NCBI GenBank assembly: GCA_030390025.1
Contig: CM059431.1
Span: 155,374,001-155,438,000 of the forward strand
Origin: Squalus acanthias
Taxonomy: Eukaryota
Direction: 5' to 3'
DNA length: 64,000 bases
Shown in pieces: positions 51,797 to 63,044 of the stretch. The stretch's first letter is position 1; each line of letters opens with the position of its first letter. The notes under the pieces are model-generated. The model was not told where the DNA came from. It was given only the letters and a program-made list of their open reading frames with translations, and made no database searches. A program made the position numbers and the translations under genes.

Positions 51797-52185
51797 TGAC
51801 CCTTCGTCAGAACTTGAAAAAGTTGTAGATGGAACAGATTTTTAAGCAAGTGCAGGGGCAGGGAAAGGGGCTAGGAGAGGAAAGAACAAAAGGGAAAGTC
51901 TGTAATAGGATGGAAGGCAGGAGAGATTAAGAAATAAAAGGAATGATGGTGCAAGGCAAAAGGAGGAGGTAATGGGACAAGTTAAGAAGCAAAAAATGAC
52001 TTCAGATGAAGCGTAAATGGCAATGGCAGAATGATCGGCAGCTGCCATGTGAGAGAGAGAGAAAAAAATGGAAAAAAAGATAGAGGCAGAAATTATGGTC
52101 TTAAATTGTGAACTCGATGTTGAGCCCAGAAGGCTGTGAAGTGACTAATCAAAAGATGAGGTGCTGTTCCTCGTGCTAACTTTGA

Positions 52186-53586
52186 GCAGGACAAATCCAA
52201 CCCAGCCAATTACTGCCCCATCAGTCTATTCAAAATCATCAGCAAAGTGATGGAAGGTTTCATCGACAGTGCTACCAAGCGGGACTTACTCACCAATAAC
52301 CTGCTCACTGATGCTCAGTTTGGGTTCAGCCAAGACCACTCGGCTCCGGATCGCATTAGAGCCTTGGTCCAAACATGGACAAAGGAGCTGAATTCCAGAG
52401 GTGAGGTGAGAGTGACTGCCCTTTACATCAAGGCAGCATTTAACAGAGTGTGGCATCAAGGAGCCCGAGTAAAACTGAAGTTAATGGGAATGAGGAGGGA
52501 TACACTCCACTGGCTGTAGTCATACCTAGCGCAAAGGAAGATGGATGTGGTGTATGAAGTTCAATCATCACAGCCCCAGGACATCGCTGCAGGAGTTCCT
52601 CAGGGCAGTAGCCAAGGACCAACCATCTTCAGCTGCTTCATCAATGACCTGCCCTTCAACTCAAGGTCAGAAATGGGGATCTTCGTTTTTGAATGCACAG
52701 TGTTCAGCGCCATTCACAACTCCTCAGATAATGAGGCAATCCATGCCCGCATGCAAAAAGATCTGGACGACGTTCAGGCTTGTGCTGATAAGTGGCTGGC
52801 AACATTCGCTCCACAGAAGTGCCAGGCAATGACTATCTCCAGCAAGCGAGAGTCTAACCAAATCCCCATGACATTCAGTGGCATTACCATCGCCGAATCC
52901 TCCACTATCAATATCCTGGGGGTCACCATTAAACAGAAACTTAACTGGACCAGCCACATAAATACTGTGGCAACAAGAACAGGTCAGAGGCTACTTATTT
53001 TGCGGCGAGTTTCCCGCCTCCTGACTCCCCAAAGCCTTTCGACCATCTACAAGGCAAAAGTAAGGAGTGTGATGGAATACTCTTCACTTGCCTGGATGAG
53101 TGCAACTCCAACAATACTCAAGAATCTAGACACCATCCAGGAAAAAGCAACCCGCTTGACTTGGACATCATCTACCAACTTAAACATTCATTCCCTCCAC
53201 CAGCCGCGTACCGTAACTGCAGTGTGTACCATCTACAAGATGCACTGCAGAAACACGCCAAGGCTTCTTCGGCAGCAACTCCGAAACCCGAGACCACTTC
53301 CACCTAGAAGGATAAGGGCAGCAGGCGCATGGGTAATTCACCACCTTCAAGTTCCCCTCCAAGTCACACACAATCCTGAATTGGAAGTATATCGCCGATC
53401 CTTCATGGTCGCTGGTTCAAAATCCTGGAACTCCCTTCCTAACAGCACTGTGGGAGTACCATCACCAAAAGGACTGCAGCGGTCCAAGAAGTCGGCTCAC
53501 CACCACCTTCTCAAGGGCAACTAGGAATGGGCAATAAATGCTGGCCTTGCCAGCGACGCCCAGATCCCATAAACGAATAAAAAAAA
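52186..53586 (+). mobile_element. 5'-truncated 'AFDRVWH'-type LINE with A tail
   Basis: DAQFGF, AAFNRVWHQG and GVPQGS. C-terminus AHHHLLKGN, then the 3' UTR and a poly(A). Confidence 0.94.
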
Positions 53587-53731
53587 TATTGAAAATGACA
53601 TTGATTTTATGACTTCTATCTTTTGTTTGGAATTATTTTAAAGTAGCGGAATTGATTTCTAAGTATGTGTTCCAAAGCATCGTCTGTTATTGTAAATACT
53701 TCGATGTTATTGTTCCACCTGTATTTTACAG

Positions 53732-53901
53732 TGGATAATGTTACTGAAGCTGGACCAACTGTATCGACAGACGCTGACACTCAACAATCCAATAATACGG
53801 AATTGTCTCGAGATAGAGCGTTGGTAGCGATTGAAGAAACTGCGGACGGTATCGGTGCACCTCTGCGTCACAAAATTGGATTCACACAGATCGAATCTGA
53901 G
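53732..53901 (+). CDS. Putative coding exon A (170 nt, phase 1-0): DNVTEAGPTVSTDADTQQSNNTELSRDRALVAIEETADGIGAPLRHKIGFTQIESE
   Basis: Acceptor 'ctgtattttacag|' and donor 'GAG|gtattg'. Paralog A' differs by one in-frame 15-nt indel. Confidence 0.65.
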
Positions 53902-53990
53902 GTATTGTCTGGCATGAATGGAACTGGACCTATCTTAACCTACGGTAGCATTGACTAGACTTCTATTGTTTAAATACAAGCAGTTTTTAA

Positions 53991-56900
53991 CATAGAAACA
54001 TAGAAGATAGGAGCAGGAGACGTCATTCGACCCGTCTAGCCTGCTTCAACATTCAATGCGATCATGGCTGATCATCCAAATTCAGAACCCTGTCCCTGCT
54101 TTCTCCACATATGCCTTGAACCCTTTAGCCTTAAGAAATATATCGAACTCCTTCTTGAATATATTTAATGAATTGGCCTCTACTGCCTTCTGTTGTAGAG
54201 AATTCCACAGGTTCACCACGCTCTGGGTGAAGAAATTCCTCCTCCTTTCTCTCCTAAATGGCTTACCCCTTATCCTTCACTGTGACCCCTGGTTATGGAC
54301 TCCCCGACCATCGGGAACATCCTTTCTGCATCTAGTCTGTCCAGTCCTTTCAGAATGTTATAAGTTTCAATGAAATCCCCTCTCATTCTTCTAAACTCCA
54401 GGGAGTATAAGCCCAATCGACGCAATCTCTCCTCATACGTCATTCCGGCCATCCCAGGTATCAACCTGGTGAAGCTTCGCCTAACTCCTTCCATGGCAAG
54501 AACCTCCTTCCTTAGCTAAGGCTACCAAAACTGCACACAATACTCAAGATGTGGTCTCACCAAGGCCCTCTACAACTGCAGCAAGACATCCTTGTTCCTG
54601 TACTGAATCCCTCTCACGACGAAGGCCAACATACCATTTGTCTTCTTAACCGCCTGCTGCCCCTGCATTCTTACCTTCAGCGACTGGTGCACAAGGACAC
54701 CCAGGTCTCGTTGCACTTCCCCTTCTCCCAATCTATTGCCATTCAGATGATAAGCTGCCTTCCTGTTACTGACACCATAGTGGATAACCTCGCATTTATC
54801 CACGTTATATTGCATCTGCCATGCTGCTGCCGATTCACGCAACCTATCCAAATCATCCTGGATTTTCTCGGCATCCTCCTAACAGCACACAAGCCCACCC
54901 AGTTTTGTGTCGTCTGCAAACTTGAGATATTACATCTAGTTCCCTTGTCTAGATCATTAATATATATTGTGAATAGCTGGGGTCCAAGGACCGATCCCTG
55001 CGGTACCCCACTAGTCACTGCCTGCCACTCAGAAAAAAAATACCCGTTTATTCAAAATCTTTGCTTTCGGTCTGCCAACCAGTTCTCTATCCAAGTCAAT
55101 ACCTTGCCCCCAATCCCATGTACCTTAACTTTGCACACTAATCTCTTATGCGGGACCTTATCAAAAGCATTTTGAATGTCCAAATACATAACATCCATCG
55201 TTCTCCCTTATCTATTTTACCAGTTACATCCTCAAAAAATTCCAGTATATTAATCAAGCACGATTTACCTTTTGTAAATCCATGTTGACTTTATCCGATC
55301 CTGTCACTGTTTTCCACGTGCTCTGCTATTACATCTTCTATAATGGACTCTAGCATTTTCCCCACTACCGATGTCAGGCTTACCGGTCTGTAAATCCCCG
55401 TTTTCTCTCTACCACCTTTTTTGAATAGTTGGCTAAAATTAGCGACCCTCCAATCCATGGGTATTGTTCCAGATTCCATCGAATGTTGGAAGATGATCAG
55501 CAATGCATCTACCATTTCTAGGGCCACTTCCTTAAGTACCCTAGGATGTAGATTATCAGACCATGGAGATTTACCGGCCTTCAATCCCGCCAATTTCCCT
55601 AACACCATTTCCCGACAAATACTGAATTCATTCAGTTCCTCCCTTTCATTAGACCCTATTTTCCCCGAGATCTCTGGGAGGTTATTTGTGTCCTCCTTTG
55701 TGAAGACAAAACCAAAATATGTATATAATTGGTCTGCCATTTATATGTTCAAAATTGAGAGGTCGCACCACACCAGGTTATAGTCCAACAGTTTTATTTG
55801 AAATCACAAGCTTTCGCAGTTACTACTCCTTCGTCGCGTGAAGTAAAGAGATACAGAATCGCCAAAGCATATATAGATAGAGAACAATGCATGTGTACCT
55901 TACAATTGCAGACAACTAAGTTTAATCATCCTGACTGTTTATCTGCCGAGCTGTGATAAAGTTAATCAGGTCAGCCAGGAAGGTACCACTTCAAAGACAT
56001 AGCAAGATACAACTGAGACAATGAGGTGGAGTCGCATGGGGTCTAACGTGTCAAAAGCTGCCGTCTGTATGTAAAACGATTAACTTTAAAATTTTTACTT
56101 TTTTACTGGGAATCAAATCTGTGAACAAGCCACCGACGACTCGAGTCCGGATCACGTCATGTATCGTGACAGAATCCCAAGATCCCGGTTGAGACCGTCT
56201 TCATGAGTGCGGAACTTGGCTATCAGTTTCTGCTCGCTAATTTTGCGTTGTCGTGTTTTCCTAAGGCCGCCTTGGAGAATGCTTACCCGCAGATCCGAGG
56301 CTGAATGTCCTTGACTGCTGAAGTGTTCCCGGACTGGGAGGTAACAATCCTGCCTGGCGATTGTTGCGCGGTGCTCGTTCATACGTTGTCTCAGTGTCTG
56401 CATGGTCTCGCCGATGTACCATGCCGCGGTGCATTCTTTCCTGCAACGTATGAGGTAGACAACTTTGGCCGAGTCACATGAGTATGTACCATGTACCTGG
56501 TGGGTAGTGTCCTCACGTGTGATGATGGTGTCTGTGTTGATGATCTGGCATGTATTGCAGAGTTTGCCGTGGCAGGGTTGTGTGGTGTCGTGGTCGCTGT
56601 TATCCTGAAAGCTGGGTAATTTGCTGTGAACGATGGTACTTCTGAGGTCAGGCGGCTGTTTGAAGGCAAGTAGTGGAGGCGTGGGGATGTCCTTAGCGAG
56701 GTGTTTTTCGTCATCGATGACATGTTGAAGGCTGCGAAGAACATGGCGTAGTTTCTCCGCTCCGGGTAAGTACTGGACGACGTAGGGTACCCTGTTGGTT
56801 GTGTCCCGTGTTTGCCTTCTGAGGAGGTCTATGCGATTTTTCGCTGTGGCCCGTCGGAACTGTCGATCGATGAGTCGAGCGTCATATCCCGTTCTTACGA

Positions 56901-58815
56901 GGGCGTTTTTCAGCGTCCGTAGGTGTCCATCGCGTTCCTCCTCGTCTGAGCAGATCCTGTGTATTCGCAGGGCTTGTCCATAGGGGATGGCTTCTTTAAC
57001 GCGGTTAGGGTGGAAGCTGGAGAAGTGGAGCATCGTGAGGTTGTCCGTGGGCTTGCGGTAGACACACAAATCTTCCTGGACACACGAATCTCCATCAAAG
57101 ACGGACACCTCAGCACTTCACTCTACCGCAAGCCCATGGACAACCTCACGATGCTCCACTTCTCCAGCTTCCACCCTAACAACGTTAAAGAAGCCATCCC
57201 CTATGGACAAGCCCTGCGAATACATAGGATCTGCTCAGACGAGGAGGAACGCGATGGACACCTACGGACGCTGAAAAACGCCATCGTAAGAACGGGATAT
57301 GACGCTCGACTCATCGATCGACAGTTCCGACGGGCCACAGCGAAAAATCGCATAGACCTCCTCAGAAGGCAAACACGGGACACAACCAACAGGGTACCCT
57401 ACATCGTCCAGTACTTCCCCGGAGCGGAGAAACTACGCCATGTTCTTCGCAGCCTTAAACATGTCATCGATGACGACAAACACCTCGCTAAGTCCATCCC
57501 CACGCCTCCACTACTTGCCTTCAAACAGCCGCCTAACCTCAGAAGTACCATCGTTCACAGCAAATTACCCAGCTTTCAGGATAACAGCGACCACGACACC
57601 ACACAACCCTGCCACGGCAAACTGTGCAAGACATGCCAGATCATCAACACAGATACCATCATCACAGGTGAGGACACTACCCACCAGGTACATGGTACAT
57701 ACTCTTGTGACACGGCCAACGTTGTCTACCTCATACGTTGCAGGAAAGAATGCACCGCGGCATGGTACATTGGCGAGACCATGCAGACTCTGAGACAACG
57801 TATGAACGAGCACTGCGCAACAATCGCCAGGCAGGATTGTTACCTCCCAGTCGGGGAACACTTCAGCAGTCAAGGACATTCAGCCTCGGATCTGCGGGTA
57901 AGCATTCTCCAAGGCGGCCTTAGGAAAACACGACAACGCAAAATCATCGAGCAGAAACTGATAGCCAAGTTCCGCACTCATGAAGACGGTCTCAACCGGG
58001 ATCTTGGGTTTATGTCACGATACATGACGTGATCAGGACTCGAGTCGTCGGTGGCTTGTTCACAGATGTGATTCCCAGTAAAAAAGTAAAAATGTTAAAG
58101 TTAATCGTTTTACATACAGACGGCAGCTTTTGACACGTTAGACCCCATGCAACTCCACCTCATTATCTCAATTGTATCTTGCTATGTCTTTGATGTGGTA
58201 CCTTCCTGGCTAAACTGATTAACTTTATCACACCTCGGCAGATAAACAGTCAGGATGATTAAATTTAGTTGTCTGCAAGTGTAAGGTACACATGCATTGT
58301 TCTCTATCTATATATGCTTTGGCGATTCTGTATCTCTTTACTTCACCCGTCGAAGGAGTAGTAACTCCGAAAGCTTGTGATTTCAAATAAAACTGTTGGA
58401 CTATAACCTGGTGTTGTGCGACCTCTCAATTTTGTCCACCCCAGTCCAACACCGGCATCTCTGCATCATGATTTATATGTTCCCCATTATAAGTTCCACT
58501 GATTCTGACTGCAAGGGACCTAAGCTTGACTTTACCAATCTTTTTCTCTTTACATATCTATAAAAGCTTTTACAGTCAGTTTTTATGTTTCCTGAAAGCT
58601 TCCTCTCATATTCTATTTTTGCTTTCTTTATTAATCTCCTTCTCCTCCTTTGTTGAATCCTAAACAGCTCCCAATCCTCAGGTCTACTGCTTTTAATGGC
58701 TAATTTATATATTCTCTCCTTGGATCTTATGCTATCCCTAATTTCCCTTGTTAGCTACGGTTGAGTCACCTTTTTTGTTTTATTCTTATGCTAAACTGGG
58801 ATGAACAAATTCTGT
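53991..58815 (-). mobile_element. 5'-truncated CR1 LINE interrupted by PLE 2 (CR1 parts 53991-55750 and 58471-58815)
   Basis: Tail 'catagaaacatagaag'. RT fragments [10 protein letters not shown] and KSPWSDNLHPRVLKE. Absent from duplication copy 2. Confidence 0.95.
55751..58470 (+). mobile_element. Penelope-like element 2: inverted arm 55751-57062, then plus-strand arm ~57072-58470 with tail
   Basis: ORF 56959-58032 encodes the RT thumb and GIY-YIG, mirrored by 56152-57108. TSD atttatatgttc (55739-55750 / 58471-58482). Confidence 0.96.
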
Positions 58816-59980
58816 AGTAATTTATTAATGCTTTCTCGCCCTTTCTCTCCTTAAATAGGCGAGTTGCACTGTGCAATTGTAACACGGACCACTGCTGCCT
58901 TTGCGATATTTTACATGAGGGAAGACGATAATTGCTGAGATTTCCACTACCTCACCTAATTTCCTCTCGGGTGCCTCTCAGACGCTAATTTTGACCGATT
59001 CTAGCCCCGAACATAATGCGGAATCAACTCCGTGAATCTGAATCAGCACTGGTCTGAAAGTGGTATTTGGTCGAATTTCGTGTTCATCACCATTAGCACT
59101 GCACTTTGATATTCAGGAATATCCGTTTTCAGATCGGTGCTCCTTAATGCTCAATGTTTGTTCTCCAGAATACCTTTCAGCAAAGCGTCATTAACAGTTC
59201 TATCCCTTATTTTAACAGAATTAGGATACATCTTCAGGGCCGTCTAACTAAATAATACCTTGATCTTGACCCAATCCTCCATTCCCAACAATTAGGCCGC
59301 CTCAGCCTCCTCACCTCTAACACCAACACTTACCTTAAATGTGTAGCTTCGCCTCCAATCAGAACACTCGCATTGTATCTGCATCCCCGCCTCTGTACCC
59401 TAACTGTTAATTGCACTTCAATGCTCAATCCAATCATCCGTGCTATTCCGTTTCGCTCGCCACTCTCCGATTTGCTTCCCGGTCCCACCTTTAAGGGCTA
59501 CGGAATTTGGGGTCATGCATCTATTTACCCTTTACTCTGAATCATTGGAAGTGAAATGACCCTATGAGTTCAGCTTTCTATTGTCTATGGGATTTAGATA
59601 TCTTGATTATGCTTCAGATGTTAGTACAGCGACTCCTGCTCACCTGCGCTCAGAGCGGTTTCGTCATATGTTGGTGAATTTTTCATTAAATCCTCTCTCA
59701 ATCTTAGGATACAAGCGATTGCTCTCTTCAAGACAAAGTAAGCTTTTAGGGATCATATCGACTCCAGTTTTAGTAAAATAATCTTATCAAATAACTTACT
59801 TGCGTTTGTTGTTATCGCTTTTATTATGAGGATCCGCCTCACGATTTATGTATACGGTATATGTTGTACTAAAATTATCAGTGACCGTGGTTGCACTGGC
59901 TGGGGAAATCTGTGTCTCAGCCAGGTCAGACACCGAAAAGTCAGCCCTATTAAATCTAATCATATTCTTGTTTTAATCAG

Positions 59981-60128
59981 AACCGACAGGAAAATTCTAC
60001 TACAGAAACTGTGCTCAGCACGGATCCTAGCAGTGAAATCAATCCTACACACATAGTGAATGAAGATCTACATCTAAGGCTGCAAGAAAAAAGAGCAGGC
60101 GGACATGACAGAGCTGTGCATGCATCCG
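59981..60128 (+). CDS. Putative coding exon B (148 nt, phase 0-1): NRQENSTTETVLSTDPSSEINPTHIVNEDLHLRLQEKRAGGHDRAVHAS
   Basis: Acceptor 'ttcttgttttaatcag|' and donor 'CCG|gtgaga'. Phases match A upstream and A' downstream. Confidence 0.65.
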
Positions 60129-61427
60129 GTGAGATTACTCTTTGTGCTGAACAGTTTTAATCGCCAATCTTTAAATTCAATGCAGTAAAGCTCACACTGT
60201 TTTCATTCTCTTGTCGTTCTTTTGCGCATTCCTACTTATCTGAGACTGTTAACTCCTATCTATAGCAGTGAGGTAAATGATACTCCAAATGCTACATTCG
60301 GACGTCTTGTCCATCTGTCAAATCTCACACTCAACCCTCTAACAACCATGGTTGTCCGGTTGCTTTCTCTGGTAAAATATATTTGACGCCTGAAATTCTC
60401 TTTAACTCGATACATCTAACCGGCGGTCGTTGAACAAAAAGATAAGTTGAAAAACAATACTTACGTGCATGTAGAGTCCATAAGTGCAGGAGTTCCGCTC
60501 TTTGTACCATAGTAAAACCACGAGAACTTGCCGGCAACGACTATCGATTGCCTCTCTCCCTCGCTCGATGTTTGCCTCCCTCGCTCTTCTTTTGTTCCCA
60601 TTCTCTCTCAGCCGACCACTTCTCTCTCACCCTCATCTGGTCGCCCCTCCTTCACGATCGCATTGAACTCTCCAAGTCGCCCCTCCCAGACCGATTACAT
60701 TAAAATCATGGTCACTTGGCCTGCTGCCTGTGGGGGCTCAGCAGGTGTCTGCACCTCCCCGGTCTGCTCTGAACGAAGTCCGAGGCACAATATCACGTGG
60801 TTTTCCGGCCTACCCCTTACGGCATAGGGACCGTTCTCGGCGGCAACTTTGGCTTCGTGTGATTGTGTGAAATGGGCGATAGCGAATTGAGATTACTAGC
60901 GAACGCAATAAATGGTATCAAAATCGATTCAGATGTAAAATCGGCTGCTCATTCACTGCAGCACGTTTGAATTTATCTCAGAATAAGTTACAGTTACAGG
61001 CCCTCCCCATGCCCAGTTCGCGCCAGCCAACACGAATCAATTTGTAGGCCATTGTCGGTAAATTCACTGCTTGTGCTTTAAGCCTTCACCCTGCACTCTG
61101 CTTATGATGATGCATCGACTGCAAACAGTAACCTGCTGTGTATTCCATTGCACCAGAGTACGGGTTACCCTATTCACAAATAGGGTAATCATATAGATAG
61201 ATAGTTTTATAGATAACAAATAGTTTGAAAGACAGACAGATACATTGCGAGACAGGCAGAAAGACAGTTAGACAGATATATTCATAATGATTAATAATGA
61301 CTAGACTTCCCCTCCTCGTTATAATGAACTCTTTTGATGCAGTCCAAGAGATTTCTGAGTACATCTTCCATAGTATACTCGTTTACTTCAACTACTCCGA
61401 TATTTTTGTTCCACTTGTATTTTATAG

Positions 61428-61582
61428 TGGATGATATTACTGTGTCGACAGACGCTGACACTCAAAAATCCAAAGATACGGAATTCTATCGGGATAGAAT
61501 CCCTGAAGCAATTGAAGGATCTGTGGACTATATCGGTGCAAATCAGAATCATAAAGATGTGTTCACTCGGGTACATTATCAG
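61428..61582 (+). CDS. Putative coding exon A' (155 nt, phase 1-0): DDITVSTDADTQKSKDTEFYRDRIPEAIEGSVDYIGANQNHKDVFTRVHYQ
   Basis: Acceptor 'ttgtattttatag|' and strong donor 'CAG|gtatgt'. Open frame. Confidence 0.68.
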
Positions 61583-62896
61583 GTATGTCTGACACATATG
61601 GAACTGGACTTTTCTTACCCTACGGTAGCATTCACTAGACTTCTATTTAAATAAAAAGAGATTTTCTACTTTCGCGCCCTGTCTTTTCTGAAGTAGGCGA
61701 GTTGCACTGTGCAATGGTAACATAGGGCACCGCTCCCTCTGCGACATTTTACATGATGGGAAAGGATGATTACTGAGATTTCAATTCCAAACATAATTTC
61801 CGCACGGGTGCCTCTCAGACGCAAATTTTGACCGATTTTGCACACGAACCTAATCCGGAAGTAACTCCGTGAAACGGAATTTGCATTGGTCTGAAAGTGG
61901 TATTTGGTCGGCTTCCGTGTTCATAAGCAAGAGCCACTGCACGTCGATATTCAGGAATATCGGATTTACTGGGAAGTCTGGAATATATTTGACGATATTC
62001 AGGAAGATCAGTTTTCATATCAGTCCTCCTTAATGGTCCATGTATGTTGTCCAGAATAACTTTGAGGAAAGCGTCAAACATTTATCCATTATTTTTGCCA
62101 GAATTAGGATACATTCTGTGGAACGAATATCTGAATAGTCGCTTGGTCATGTCCCTCCCCTCCATTACCAACACTTGGAGTGCATCTGCCTAATCACATC
62201 TAACCCCAACTCTTACCTTGAATTTCTCGCCTCGCCTCCAACCAGAAATCTCGCATTGCATGTGCTTCCCCGCCTCTATACCCTAACTGTTAATTGCGTC
62301 TGAATGGTCACTCCAATTATCGGTCTTACTCCGTTTCGCCCGCCACTCATCGATTTGCTTCCCGGTTCCACATTTCTTGGCTCCGGAATTTCGGGTCACG
62401 CATCTATTTACATCGAGCTTTACTCTGAATCATTGGAAGGGAAACGAACCTATGCTGCCAGCTTCCCTATGTCTACCGGATTTGCATTTCTAGATTAAGC
62501 TTCAGATGCCATGTTCCTTTTAGTGCAAAGATTTCTGCTCACCTCTGCTAAGAGCTGTTTAGTCAGATGTTTGTGAATTTTACATTAAAAACTCTCACTA
62601 TCTTAGGATACAAGCGATTGCTCGCTTCAAGACAAAATAAGCGTATTTGGATCATATCGACTCCAGTTTTAGTAAAATCATCTTATCAAATAACTTACTT
62701 GCATTTGTTGTTTTCGCTTTTATTATGAGGATCCGCCTCACGATTTATTTCTACGGTATATGTTGTACCTCCGCCTTGGGGACACTCAAATTATCAGTGT
62801 CCGTTGTTGCACTGGCTGGGGAAATCTGTGGCTCAGCCAGGTCAGACACCGAAAAGTCAGCCCTATTAAATCTAATCATATTCTTGTTATAATCAG

Positions 62897-63044
62897 AACC
62901 AACAGGAAAATGCTGCTACAGAAACTGTGCTCAGCACGTATCCTAGCAGTGAAATCAATCCTACACACATAGTGAATGAAGATCTCCATCGACAGCAGCA
63001 AGAAAAAGAAAGAAGCGGATATGACAGAAGCGCACAGACATCCG
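62897..63044 (+). CDS. Putative coding exon B' (148 nt, phase 0-1): NQQENAATETVLSTYPSSEINPTHIVNEDLHRQQQEKERSGYDRSAQTS
   Basis: Acceptor 'ttcttgttataatcag|' and donor 'CCG|gtcaga'. Same length as B. Confidence 0.62.

Larger units (their letters stand above)
50688..52190 (-). mobile_element. Older PLE-derived 3' remnant (50688-50757 and 51797-52190), split by PLE 3
   Basis: 'aaatgctgaaaatactcagcaggtcagg...aaacagtgttcacgtttcaagtc' rejoins 'tgacccttcgtcagaac'. The joined minus strand gives CUGACGA...GAAAC. Confidence 0.7.

Noticed and set aside
56152..58032. Two overlapping divergent ORFs (318 and 357 aa) suggesting a bidirectional gene pair
   Set aside because: They are mirror images from the inverted Penelope arms, and their N-termini are read-through across the inversion junction.
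59325..62220. Strong minus-strand donors (ag|gtaagt at ~59333, ag|gtaaga at ~62216) conserved in both duplicates
   Set aside because: The adjacent sequence has indels between copies and no shared open frame that I could find. It looks like a decayed non-autonomous DNA element.
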